A DNA stretch of 61,367 nucleotides, filler included, from Fonticula-like sp. SCN 57-25 (Eukaryota), in the NCBI GenBank assembly GCA_001724245.1. It is 6 parts of 6 records of this genome, joined end to end, with 100 filler letters (N's around TTAATTAATTAA, not from the genome) between each part and the next. Parts side by side here need not be neighbours in the genome. Positions count along the whole stretch, not along the records: positions 1 to 10,902 come from MEDX01000246.1; 5 more parts are not named here. One strand, written 5' to 3'. The translations under genes were made by a program, and so were the position numbers. This document shows, piece after piece, positions 1 to 9,757 of this stretch (its first letter is position 1; the number at the start of each line of letters is the position of its first letter). The notes beneath the pieces were generated by a model. That model saw only the letters and a program-made list of their open reading frames with translations, made no database searches and was not told the DNA's origin.

Positions 1-657
1 TTGTTGTTCGAGAATGTAAGACAATTCTGGAACGTCGCTGAACGGGTATTGTGGCAAGGGCTCGCTTCCGTGAGCGATTCCCACCGATGTTTCCAACGTC
101 AACTTGAGGCCCTCTTCTTCAACGTTCACCGTCAATTGTTCGTATTGGTTGACAATCCCTCTCTTTTCCGATGATGATGATGAAGGTGTGTCGGTAATGT
201 TGAGTTTTTCTTTTACTTTGTCGATCAATCCTCTTCCAAATCCCGTGGTGGATCTCTTCTGAGTGACATCGGAGCAAACGATTGCCACGTAGTGACAAGC
301 AATGTAGTCTCCTCGTTTGGACTCGTCGTTGTTAAACTCGAGTTCGAAGCACTTCAATACGGGCGCCTTTTGCTTCTCTTTTGGTACGTGAACGGTTCCG
401 TCGTCGAACAGTTGAGCGAGGAACGTATTGATGCTCTTGTCGACTTCTTTGACTGCAAATTTGACGGCATCCGACCAAGGTTTCTTCAGGGTGGATATTT
501 TGTAATCGGGGCTCGCATAGTCAAACTTGAAATCTACTACCACACCCTCGTCCAGAGAATAGAGCTTATTGATGCTCGTCAGATAACAATCTTCCTCGCC
601 CTTGACGAGGGATGCGACCAACACCGTGCAGAGCAAACACAGTATTACGCCTCTCAT
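1..657 (-). CDS. Secreted/surface hypothetical protein, runs off the window edge
   Basis: Absent from the ORF track. Hand translation from ATG 657 gives MRGVILCLLCTVLVASLVKG-EEDCYL..., open for 219 codons to base 1, with a signal-peptide-like N-terminus. Confidence 0.75.
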   Translation of the reverse strand, partial: MRGVILCLLCTVLVASLVKGEEDCYLTSINKLYSLDEGVVVDFKFDYASPDYKISTLKKPWSDAVKFAVKEVDKSINTFLAQLFDDGTVHVPKEKQKAPVLKCFELEFNNDESKRGDYIACHYVAIVCSDVTQKRSTTGFGRGLIDKVKEKLNITDTPSSSSSEKRGIVNQYEQLTVNVEEEGLKLTLETSVGIAHGSEPLPQYPFSDVPELSYILEQQ

Positions 658-713
658 TTTTACGATAGGAGTGCAATCTTACTAATCTAACAAACTTGGG
701 TCCGATGGTTTGT

Positions 714-1230
714 TTATTCTTCGAGTGTATAGACACGTTTCAAAATATAAACTAAAAAAATTAACACCAATAAACTCGCACCCACGAGTAAAAACCCGGC
801 TATTTTGGGCTTGACGTTCTTCCTCCTCTGATTCTTGAGGGGCACTGTGCTGGCAATAATGTTGTAGTACACGTTATCTCCTTCTTCTATTTCGTAAGCG
901 TACACTTCCGTCTTTGTAATGTCCTTGACTCGTTCTATAATATTTACAACAGCAATGGTGCTTATGGGGAGCACAGGAAAATGGAGGCCATCGTCGTACA
1001 AGCTAAAATCACCCGACATGTCGAAGCGCATACTGTCCGGAATGGCATCCTCGCCTATGAATNCGCATACTGTCCGGAATGGCATCCTCGCCTATGAATA
1101 GCACTAGTTTTTTTCGCAATAGATCATTTTTAATCTTCTCGAATAGCTCCTCGGGTGGTATCGAGCGGTAAAGCAAAGTGATGGTTGGTTTTTGCCCGTT
1201 TAAGGGATATATAGACAAGCCCTTTTTCAT
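714..1230 (-). CDS. Hypothetical ~159-aa protein with C-terminal TM helix, split by an assembly duplication
   Basis: ORFs 1009-1293 and 714-1085 join in frame once one 36-bp duplicate plus the N at 1063 is removed. Ends KIAGFLLVGASLLVLIFLVYILKR. Confidence 0.7.
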
Positions 1231-1311
1231 CTCTGACCCGCGATTTGTTCTAGCGGTCACAAAATTTCGTACAAAAGAGATAGAGTGAGACAAAAAAAAA
1301 TCTTTATTGCC

Positions 1312-4300
1312 CTATAGTTTGTCCTCCGTGAGAATCGTGGCCGACAAGAAGGGATAGTAATGATCGTTGTTTCTTCCCGTGGGATTGATGATGGCGCCTC
1401 TAACCCTGGACACGTTATGAGTGACAGTGTCGTCCAATCCTCCTCTTTGCAAGATTGTGCGAATCCAATGCAAGCCGAGTTGGTAGTCGTCGTCGTCGAA
1501 CAAGAAGCAAGGTTGGATGGGTTCGTTACCGAACGTATCCAACGTGAAAGTGGGGACGTGTCTGATAGACCACGAGGAGACACCATTGTTGACCACGGGG
1601 TAGGCGATCATGTTCTTCGCTTGGATCATAAAATGGTAGTGTTGCAACATGTTGAAAAGAGACACGTTGAACATTCTTTGCGTCACGGAGCTGCTCTTTC
1701 TTATGGTGGAGAATTTCCATGCTTGTCGCATCAATTTCCACAAGTGGAATCCCGGTACGATGGCTTCTTCCCTTTCTCTATTTTCCTTCTTGTATCCACC
1801 GAGGTAGGGCATATCCCACACGTTCTTTCTGTCCATCAAATCGAAGAGCACTTGATAGAACACTTGGTTAAACTTGAAAAAGTTGCAGGTGACACCCACG
1901 CAGTAGAGGGCGTCCAAGTAGAGCCAAAACATTTCGGTGTTTTCCATGCGAGTGTCATTGTCCGTGGCTTCTTTGCCTTCGTATATGACCTTCCAAAACT
2001 TGACGATGGACAAAGGGTACCGATCTGCGTCTTTTACGATTCCGAGGCCCATTGCCGCTTCCGTGCATGCGCGCGATAGTTCTTGACCGTTTTGTTCCGA
2101 AAAGAACTTTAGGGACGTGTCGATAAGGTACTGAACGTTGAATAATATCGTGGGAGGGATCTCCAGGATGTGGGACTTGCGCGTATTGTAGAGCAATCCA
2201 TCGTAGACCATGACAACCCTGATCGTGATGATGCGTTGCTCGTCGAGCGACATTTTACCCTCGACGTCCGGGTTCTGGAATTCGACCGCGTAGAGGAGCG
2301 AAATGCCGTGGGGATTTATCTTGAGGGTCTGTGCTCTCACTTCTCCTTCCCTGAATAGTGCCTTGTAGACTGGTATCGATTCTACGAGCGAATCGACGTT
2401 GTAAGACGATGAGGAGAAGACGTTTCCTACGACCCACAAGAGAGTGTTAAAGTCGAACAAACACTTGGCCCTGATGGTTTCCCAATTTCGTGAAATGTCG
2501 TTCAACGTATCTTCGGATCTTTGATGCGCAGGGTCGTGGTAATTTTGAGTAGTGTCTTCTTCGAACGTGAGCGCCAGACGCTCCAAGAACTCGGCGTGTT
2601 CACCATCCACCACCTTGGAACTCGGCGTTTTGAACGATGGAACTACGGACGATTCCACCAGCTGCATAAATTCCTTGTAGGTGGAGTAAAATTTACCGCC
2701 TTTGAGGAGCGATTCGCCTTCTTCGACCACTTCCATGGGATTTTCTCGCTGTTCTTTTGCCTCTTCTTTTTTACCTCTGAGACGGTTGATTATGCCGTTG
2801 AATAGACCCCAATTCGTAGTCTTGTTAGGGACACTTCGTTGTCTGGAGTTGTTCTCGAGGATAGAAACCATTTCCGAAATGGGTGTGTCGTCTTCGGATG
2901 CGTCCAGAACGTTTTTGAATTCTCCGTAAGTGCAGACGTTGAAAACGACGTCGAATGCAAAGGGACCGTCGTCCAAGTTGACCGATCTGGGATACTTTTT
3001 GGCACTTTGCTCAAAATCTGGTCCCGTCAACATGCGCATGACATTGACCGGCGTCTCTCGTTGATTTTCATTCATGGACACGAGCGCACTGAGCTCGTTG
3101 TGCGTCGTTTTTGGTACGGCGAGAAGTCGTTCAAAAGCCGTGTTGCCGATCGTTCTGTAAATATTGAAGAGCAAGTTGAGTTCCGTGAGCGTAAAGTAGG
3201 CGTAATAAACGTGTCCCGCACTCGTTGTACCAAAAAGTACGTGGTTTGGTCTGGCCTTTTTTCCGTACACCCGATTGCTGTACTGTACACCGAAATGGGC
3301 TGCGAGCTTGTCAGACCAATAAACGAGAGCACCTCCAAACGACGCAAAGTTGTTGGGAGGGCTCTTCGCTGTACTGTACCGCGCGAGTACGCTCTTGTTG
3401 GACGATTCGTCGATTATGTTATTGTCGAAACTAAACTCTTCTTGGGGGCTCTGTTGGAGTTCTTCTTCCTCTTCTCCGACGCGCTCGGGTTCGAGTTCTT
3501 TCTCTTCGTTTACGAGGTTAGTGTTCGACTCCATTTCCATAATTTGAGACAATGGCTGCGATTGAGATTCCTTGCTGTCGTAAACGCTGTCGCCGATGTA
3601 ATTCGTGACACCAAAACCTTGCGATTCGGCATCTTGAAGAGATTGATCTTCCACTACTGGGTTGACGACTGTGTTTACGGTATTTTTACCGTTGAGAATG
3701 TCTAGGATGCTCACACGCACTTCCACTGGTTCCTTTTCGGATTCTTCTGCTGGTTGTTCTTCTTCGTGGTCACTCGCGGGAACGTCTTCCATGGCAACGT
3801 CTTCTCGGCGAGGAGAGTTGACGCGAGTGTTGGGGAGAGTGTCGTCACCACCTAAAGGTTCTTCTTCTTGGACGCTGGGTGGTTGTTGTCGTTCTTCGGG
3901 TTCTTGTTGTTGTTGTTGTTGTGGCTGAGGAGCGTATATGTTTCTAATACTACCTCGTGTTACGTATGTGTCCTTGTATTTCGTGAGCATCGCCACTACA
4001 TTTGCTGTGTATTGTTCTACGTCACCCACGACGCGTGGTGCAGTCAATAGGTGGTACTGTTCCACGACCACGACTTCGTTATCTTCTCTAATGTGGTAAT
4101 TGTGCTCAAAATCTCTGGGGTACAAATTGAAACTGGCCGGTTGCTCTTGGTATGGGTTGACAAACGACTTTGCGTACCCAAAATCGAACAAATTTGCGTG
4201 TTGTGCATTCCTCTGCATTTCGGCCTTGGTAAACCTCTTTTCCACAAAGTTCCAGATGCTGAGGTTGCAATAGTTTGACAATATGTTGTTTCTTCTTTCG

Positions 4301-5358
4301 GTGGCAGTCCTGAGAACTTTAAGGTCCATTTCATTCGTTCCGAACAGTTTCTGGTTGCCTTTGCACATGAAATCGACGTAAACGCTCGGGTGCACGACGG
4401 GTGTAAAATCGACCTTGTAAATCTCTCCGAGTCCCATCTGAGAGAGACTGACGAACCACGCCATGCGAGCAAAGAACATGACATTGTTGACGTCGTTTTC
4501 GTTTGCACTGAGCTTTTCTGGAACGTTCAACAAGAGTACCGATCTGTGATACTCGTTTCCATTTCTACCGACGGGCGAGCTGAATTGCAAGTTGTCCATG
4601 AATACGTAGCACAATCCACGTTCCTTGTCGTCGAGCCTCTTCGTCGCGTAATGAAACAGGGATGAGTTTGTGTGGAATGCGTCTATCGTACTTTTCACGG
4701 TGACAGAGTCGAGTTTTTCGAAGAGCTTTTCCATCGTGTGGCGTGTCTCGGGTTCGGCAGCTCCGGCCTTTTTGACAAACAATTCGAGGAGTTTAATGTC
4801 GTGTCCAAAAAGCCTGCCCTTGTCGTCGTCGAGATAGAAAGCATCGTAGGGTTGATGTTGATCCCTGTAATTGACGAACCTCTTGATTCCTTCCAAAAAG
4901 CGAGTGAACTGCTGCTTTTCTTTCCGCACGTATTCGACCAACTTCTCTTCGAACAGACTGCCCCTAGTGAGAGTCGACGTGTAGTTGTACTCGTCGGTGC
5001 TTGCGTGAACGTCGTTCCAAAAGGACGATTGCTCCTTGATGGCCGTAATGTACGCTTCCAAGGGAAAGCCCAAGAAGATTAGCGACATGACTTCGAGCAC
5101 GTCTGCGTGTGCTCTAAACCACTCTTTGTCTTTGACTCCGTCGATAATGTCGACACCCCACACGTCTATGAGGTAGTGAAACTGGGCACCTCCGGAGACG
5201 ATGAACCAAGCGACCAAGTGGTGATCGTCAACGATGCCACTTCCAATGTCGTATAGCGTATTCAATATAGCAGCATTCCATGGTTTGAGACGCTTCGTAA
5301 TCTCGGGGTTGTCGCCTTGCGATGAGTGATCCCTCAAGATCAGAGGAATCCTGTCCAT
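1312..5358 (-). CDS. Large hypothetical protein (~1348 aa)
   Basis: Long ORF, first ATG at 5358 (MDRIPLIL). Two globular-looking halves around a Q/E/P-rich linker. No family recognised. Confidence 0.85.
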   Translation of the reverse strand: MDRIPLILRDHSSQGDNPEITKRLKPWNAAILNTLYDIGSGIVDDHHLVAWFIVSGGAQFHYLIDVWGVDIIDGVKDKEWFRAHADVLEVMSLIFLGFPLEAYITAIKEQSSFWNDVHASTDEYNYTSTLTRGSLFEEKLVEYVRKEKQQFTRFLEGIKRFVNYRDQHQPYDAFYLDDDKGRLFGHDIKLLELFVKKAGAAEPETRHTMEKLFEKLDSVTVKSTIDAFHTNSSLFHYATKRLDDKERGLCYVFMDNLQFSSPVGRNGNEYHRSVLLLNVPEKLSANENDVNNVMFFARMAWFVSLSQMGLGEIYKVDFTPVVHPSVYVDFMCKGNQKLFGTNEMDLKVLRTATERRNNILSNYCNLSIWNFVEKRFTKAEMQRNAQHANLFDFGYAKSFVNPYQEQPASFNLYPRDFEHNYHIREDNEVVVVEQYHLLTAPRVVGDVEQYTANVVAMLTKYKDTYVTRGSIRNIYAPQPQQQQQQEPEERQQPPSVQEEEPLGGDDTLPNTRVNSPRREDVAMEDVPASDHEEEQPAEESEKEPVEVRVSILDILNGKNTVNTVVNPVVEDQSLQDAESQGFGVTNYIGDSVYDSKESQSQPLSQIMEMESNTNLVNEEKELEPERVGEEEEELQQSPQEEFSFDNNIIDESSNKSVLARYSTAKSPPNNFASFGGALVYWSDKLAAHFGVQYSNRVYGKKARPNHVLFGTTSAGHVYYAYFTLTELNLLFNIYRTIGNTAFERLLAVPKTTHNELSALVSMNENQRETPVNVMRMLTGPDFEQSAKKYPRSVNLDDGPFAFDVVFNVCTYGEFKNVLDASEDDTPISEMVSILENNSRQRSVPNKTTNWGLFNGIINRLRGKKEEAKEQRENPMEVVEEGESLLKGGKFYSTYKEFMQLVESSVVPSFKTPSSKVVDGEHAEFLERLALTFEEDTTQNYHDPAHQRSEDTLNDISRNWETIRAKCLFDFNTLLWVVGNVFSSSSYNVDSLVESIPVYKALFREGEVRAQTLKINPHGISLLYAVEFQNPDVEGKMSLDEQRIITIRVVMVYDGLLYNTRKSHILEIPPTILFNVQYLIDTSLKFFSEQNGQELSRACTEAAMGLGIVKDADRYPLSIVKFWKVIYEGKEATDNDTRMENTEMFWLYLDALYCVGVTCNFFKFNQVFYQVLFDLMDRKNVWDMPYLGGYKKENREREEAIVPGFHLWKLMRQAWKFSTIRKSSSVTQRMFNVSLFNMLQHYHFMIQAKNMIAYPVVNNGVSSWSIRHVPTFTLDTFGNEPIQPCFLFDDDDYQLGLHWIRTILQRGGLDDTVTHNVSRVRGAIINPTGRNNDHYYPFLSATILTEDKL

Positions 5359-5522
5359 CTTTTTTTTCCTAAGCGCCGTTACGAATACAAACAAGTCGTT
5401 CGATTTTAATCGATGTGTTTCGTTCCTAGTCAAACTTTGTGCGTGTATCAAAATTTTATTTATTTAATTATCTCGGGTCGCGAGATTTTTGTAATAAAAA
5501 CATGTGCAAACGAGCGCTTCTT

Positions 5523-7133
5523 TTACTTCTTCTTCTTCTTGGGTCTTTCGTCTTCGGATTGGTCAATCTCCGAGGCCTTTCTCTTTTGAGGCGATTTTTG
5601 TTTGTTGTTGTTGTTGTTGTTGCTGGCCGTGCTCGGTTTGTTGGGAGCCTTCTTTTCCTTTTTGACTTCCTTCAGAGGGGCACTCTTCTTTTTGGGTGCT
5701 TGCTTCTTCTCTTCTTTGACCTCGGGATCCTTTTTGACCTTCTTGAGCTTGATGTTGGTGTTGTTACCACCGCTCGATGCATTCTCGTGGTCTTCCTCGC
5801 CAGGACCAATGATCATAGTGTGGTCTTGGTCGGTCTCTTCTTCGAGGTTGTTCAAGCGCACGGTGGGATCGCTCTGGGTGTTTTCACTTCGTTCGAGGTA
5901 GTGGAGCTTCTCGTTATCGTCCTTGACCTTACGCCAGTAGGTGGGCTCTTCGCGTTTGTCTATCTCTTCTTCTTTCATAAGCTCGGGTGACTTGTACTTT
6001 TCAGCAAAGCGCTTCAGGCCCAACTTGTTGAGTTCGTCCCGTCTCTTGTTAATGGCATCGAGGTCGAGCTGTCTTCGCTTGGTTTTCTTCTTGATGATGA
6101 AACCTTCCTTTTGCACGGCAAAATTAAAGGCAACACCCCTAGTCTTGGCAAATTCGGCAGCATAAACCGCAGAGCGCAAGTGAGGCACGGCAAGACCCTG
6201 AGCACCGTGCGCTTGGCGCATCTTGTCGGCGCGAGCAAACATGTCGGTCAAGTACTCTTCGCAGGCAGCGTGGAGAGCGGCAAACGCATCACCTGAGATC
6301 TTGATGGGCTCGTCGACGTCGGTGACGTCTCCTTTGTCGTCAAAGGTCGGCTTGAGGCTCTCGTAGAGATTCGGGCAGCGTTCGGGGTAATGAGCGATAA
6401 CGTTGGTGGTCACTTCTTTGATCATGCGCGAAATGTTCGACTTGGGAAACGCGCCTTCAAAGTAGCCTTCGTCCATTTCCTCGGGTGTTGCACCTGCTAG
6501 AGGCTCGATGCAACTGTTCACGTGCTTTGCCATGTCCTTGTCCTTGTTGATGTAGTACAATTTGTTCTCTTTGACCCAATCGTCGGACATGGGAGGAACG
6601 TCAAAATGTTTCAGCTCGTCGACGTGTTCTTTGACGGGCTTCTTCACGGCACCAGCCTTGGGTTTAGCCACCTTGGCAGGAGCACTCTTCTTGGGCGATT
6701 TGGTTCCAGGTTCTTCTTTGATCTTAACGGTCTTCTTGGGCTTGGCTTTGGGCTTTGGTTGCTCTTTCTTTTCTTCTTGCTCTTCTTCTTCGGCATCTTC
6801 GCTTTCTTCTTTCTTTTCTTCCTCTTCGTTGTCTTCTTCGTCGCCGTCGTCCGCTTTGTTGTCGCCGGCCTCTTGTTCGGGCTTCTCGGAGGACTCTTCG
6901 GCGTCTTCTTCGCCATTTTCTTCTTCGTTGTCTGCCTCTTCTTCCTTCTTTGCCACCTTGGTTTTGGGCACAACCTCTTCGGGAGAGTTAGAAGAAGACT
7001 CGTCTTGCTCGGAATGACCGTTGGCACCATTTTCGGATATTCCATTAGCGTGACCATTGGTCTTTTTTTCTTCTTCGACCAGCTTGGGTGTATCGGTCTT
7101 AAACTTACTCATGAGGGTTCTCAATGCAGACAT
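5523..7133 (-). CDS. 536-aa protein with divergent H3-like histone fold and acidic/Lys-rich tails
   Basis: FPKSNISRMIKEV...IKISGDAFAALHAACEEYLTDMF aligns with H3 IRKLPFQRLVREI...[23 protein letters not shown]. Confidence 0.8.
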   Translation of the reverse strand: MSALRTLMSKFKTDTPKLVEEEKKTNGHANGISENGANGHSEQDESSSNSPEEVVPKTKVAKKEEEADNEEENGEEDAEESSEKPEQEAGDNKADDGDEEDNEEEEKKEESEDAEEEEQEEKKEQPKPKAKPKKTVKIKEEPGTKSPKKSAPAKVAKPKAGAVKKPVKEHVDELKHFDVPPMSDDWVKENKLYYINKDKDMAKHVNSCIEPLAGATPEEMDEGYFEGAFPKSNISRMIKEVTTNVIAHYPERCPNLYESLKPTFDDKGDVTDVDEPIKISGDAFAALHAACEEYLTDMFARADKMRQAHGAQGLAVPHLRSAVYAAEFAKTRGVAFNFAVQKEGFIIKKKTKRRQLDLDAINKRRDELNKLGLKRFAEKYKSPELMKEEEIDKREEPTYWRKVKDDNEKLHYLERSENTQSDPTVRLNNLEEETDQDHTMIIGPGEEDHENASSGGNNTNIKLKKVKKDPEVKEEKKQAPKKKSAPLKEVKKEKKAPNKPSTASNNNNNNKQKSPQKRKASEIDQSEDERPKKKKK

Positions 7134-7328
7134 GGTTGGGGATTTTTGTTGGTGCCGCGTGTGGTCTCTTGTTGGTCGGATTTAAATAAAATGACTCGCT
7201 GCCAAAAATTTAACACAAAACAAAATTCGCACCGAAATTTTGGCATTGTCAGAACTACCGAAAATGTTCGATTCACGGTAACGCGACAAAAAAATAACAT
7301 TGTTCATTTTTCCCATTCGCCCTCCATC

Positions 7329-7631
7329 ATGTCAACACACACCATTCATTTCATCGTCAACGCATTGCACGTCGACGGCGGGGAGATGGAAAAAATGGTC
7401 TTCGAGGGTAAATTGGAAAAGCTCGCCGGCATCACCCCCGAGAATATTGCGTTTACGAAGGGGGCGTTCGATTATGCCCTTCGAAGACACATCATCAACA
7501 ACTCGAAATGCGTCGTGCAGGACGTTTACGTTGCCGTCGTGTCCGAGGAACTGGTGTCAAATTTCGAAGAAATTGTACAAACGTTTGAAGAAAAGTTGGG
7601 GTCGATCAAAATTGAACCCAAACACGATTAA
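7329..7631 (+). CDS. Hypothetical protein (100 aa)
   Basis: ATG 7329 (MSTHTIHFIV) follows an AT-rich divergent intergenic. The upstream part of the track ORF is antisense shadow. Confidence 0.7.
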   Translation: MSTHTIHFIVNALHVDGGEMEKMVFEGKLEKLAGITPENIAFTKGAFDYALRRHIINNSKCVVQDVYVAVVSEELVSNFEEIVQTFEEKLGSIKIEPKHD

Positions 7632-7661
7632 ATAAAAATACAGCGTTTATTTTTCATTCGA

Positions 7662-8225
7662 TCAATCCTTTGTAGACTTTCCGCGTGGGTTCTGAGGGGC
7701 AGAGTGCTGGACTTTTGTATTTAGCACGTTCAGGGAGAGTTTTGATTTTGCAATCTCTCCACCAAAGAACATTTCCTCGTTCGTTCGCGTGACGACCAGT
7801 TCCGAGTTTCCATTTTCCAGCACTTGAGAAAAGAGGGCGCTCGTGCTATCGTTCGAATCTATGAATTGTTGCTCTCCCAAGACCAACATGGAATTGACAT
7901 GGCGTGTGTCCATCGCCCTAGAATTTTCCAACTCTTTTAAATGCTCTTTTAAGCTCTGCGTCAGACCTTTGACCGCATCGGCGCAATTTTGCAAGGCAAC
8001 CGCTTGGGATGTGATCAATTTTTCGATATTCTGATCTACCGAATATTTTTCCCAAAAATTAATAACGTTGTCGCAGGCCTTCGCAATTTGTTTGTTTATG
8101 CCTTCTATATCGTGGTTAATTTTATTCACCCTGAGGGAGTGTTGATAATCGGTTGCTTCGTTGAGCATGGACCATTGATTCCAGACATCTTGAGGGTCTT
8201 GGTATTCTTCGTTTGTGGCGCTCAT
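7662..8225 (-). CDS. Hypothetical coiled-coil protein (187 aa)
   Basis: ATG 8225 (MSATNEEYQD); heptad-like helical composition. Confidence 0.75.
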   Translation of the reverse strand: MSATNEEYQDPQDVWNQWSMLNEATDYQHSLRVNKINHDIEGINKQIAKACDNVINFWEKYSVDQNIEKLITSQAVALQNCADAVKGLTQSLKEHLKELENSRAMDTRHVNSMLVLGEQQFIDSNDSTSALFSQVLENGNSELVVTRTNEEMFFGGEIAKSKLSLNVLNTKVQHSAPQNPRGKSTKD

Positions 8226-8431
8226 GTTGCAGGTTTGTTGTTGAATGGTGTTGTTGGGAAAATTGAAGTTCAAAAAAGACAAAAAACCGCTGACGTGGTA
8301 GGTTTTTTTTTTCGGGTTCAGAAAATCGTAAAATGCGCCACGTGAAGGAACGTCGCAAAATAATTTTTTTTTGTTATGCACGTCCCACGTCATTCGTCAA
8401 CATATTACCAAATAAAGACATACGCGGAACA

Positions 8432-9520
8432 ATGGCCCACGAATCGACACAATTTACTAAAGAAGAAAAAACTTCGAGCCCAGCTGCCCCGATAAAGTTA
8501 TCGAAGAACCCACCAAAATGGCTCAATAGCGTCATGAAATTCGGTTCGACCACCGATTTTTTCGTACTGGCAGTACTGATCGTGTACCATATAAAACAGC
8601 ACCTCTTACCCGAAGATGAAGCGCTCTGGCCCATCAGGCAAGCGTACGCTTTGCATAGCGCGCTCGTCATAATCAACGGTCTGGCGAGCACATGGAAAGG
8701 ATGGAGCGTCGACAATAACGCCTTTTATGCATTGCACCACGCTATAACACACGTTTTCTTTTACTACACCACCGCTGCGCCTTCCAACACTTCTTCAAAA
8801 TACCTGGCTGCCATGTTCATCTATCTATTCATGAGAATATTCAAGAGGCTAAAGGACGAAGGCTTATACACCGACAAAGAATGGGTCGTCTTCTACGTCT
8901 TGTACACTTACACCCAGACGATTACGAGCTTGTTTTTTACGCTTTGGATTGGACACGAGCACAAGCCCATCGACATTATCGGCTACATTGCACTCGTCGA
9001 CTCTGCGTACACTTCCAGAAGAGTAGATATTAGCAAGGAGTTTTTTGGAGGTCTGCCAATCTTCGTGACAGACAATGCACTTCAACGACCAGAAATACGC
9101 AAACTGCTTTCTATACTGGACGTGGTCATAGTGTGGGCAGTCACTGCTATTCCCCTATATCAAAACGCTCAAGGTGGAAACGGTTTGTCAGCTCTGACCA
9201 ACATTGATAGCTACAGATCGCTATTAGCCTTTGGATTTGTCGACTTGATCGTCAAACGCATACCAGCCTTCAAAAAGTTCAAACGCCCTCACGTTTACGA
9301 CCACATGAAGAGCGGCTCCTTCCCATCAGCGCATGCGGCTGTTGCGGTCGTGAGTTGTCAAACTATGGATCCTTTGACCAAAGTGGTCATGGTCGCTGCC
9401 GTGGGATTCAGCCGTGTATCATCGAGGTCTCATACCCCAGAAGACGTGTGCGCAGGATACATTTTTGGTGACATTTTTAACGTCATATGGATCATTGCCA
9501 TGACGCTAATAGGAAAATAA
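8432..9520 (+). CDS. Membrane protein: N-terminal multi-TM domain plus C-terminal PAP2 phosphatase
   Basis: PAP2 motifs K...RP (spacing non-canonical), SFPSAH and SRVSSRSHTPED (SRx5Hx3D). N-terminal TM helices contain LHHAIT. Confidence 0.85.
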   Translation: MAHESTQFTKEEKTSSPAAPIKLSKNPPKWLNSVMKFGSTTDFFVLAVLIVYHIKQHLLPEDEALWPIRQAYALHSALVIINGLASTWKGWSVDNNAFYALHHAITHVFFYYTTAAPSNTSSKYLAAMFIYLFMRIFKRLKDEGLYTDKEWVVFYVLYTYTQTITSLFFTLWIGHEHKPIDIIGYIALVDSAYTSRRVDISKEFFGGLPIFVTDNALQRPEIRKLLSILDVVIVWAVTAIPLYQNAQGGNGLSALTNIDSYRSLLAFGFVDLIVKRIPAFKKFKRPHVYDHMKSGSFPSAHAAVAVVSCQTMDPLTKVVMVAAVGFSRVSSRSHTPEDVCAGYIFGDIFNVIWIIAMTLIGK

Positions 9521-9595
9521 AAAATAATATTCAACTTTTTTATTGTGTCGAATTTTAAGCGATTGGTAAAACACAAAAAACTAAACACCTTCGCT

Positions 9596-9757
9596 ATGGA
9601 CATTTCACTAATCATGTTGATGGCGTTTGTCGCCTATTTCACGTCGCTGTCTTTTATTTACTACATTGCGAATAAGGACACTCACCACCAACCAAAAAGA
9701 GGTAAAAATTTTTATCACCAAATGGCCTATTTATTTACTTTCTCTTTGGCAGATTGA
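9596..9757 (+). CDS. Possible small single-TM protein (53 aa)
   Basis: MDISLIMLMAFVAYFTSLSFIYYIA hydrophobic stretch; overlaps the end of the convergent gene. Confidence 0.4.
   Translation: MDISLIMLMAFVAYFTSLSFIYYIANKDTHHQPKRGKNFYHQMAYLFTFSLAD

Noticed and set aside
1027-1099. Exact 36-bp direct repeat (CRISPR-like length; apparent frameshift)
   Set aside because: Only two copies, separated by a single N with no spacer. Removing one copy restores the ORF, so it is a scaffolding overlap artefact.
6522-7328. Hydrophobic Phe/Leu-rich plus-strand ORF
   Set aside because: Antisense reading of the E/K-rich region of the histone-like gene.
8259-8266. AAAATTGA mimivirus early-promoter motif
   Set aside because: Single intergenic copy in AT-rich DNA, and another copy lies inside a CDS; insufficient support.
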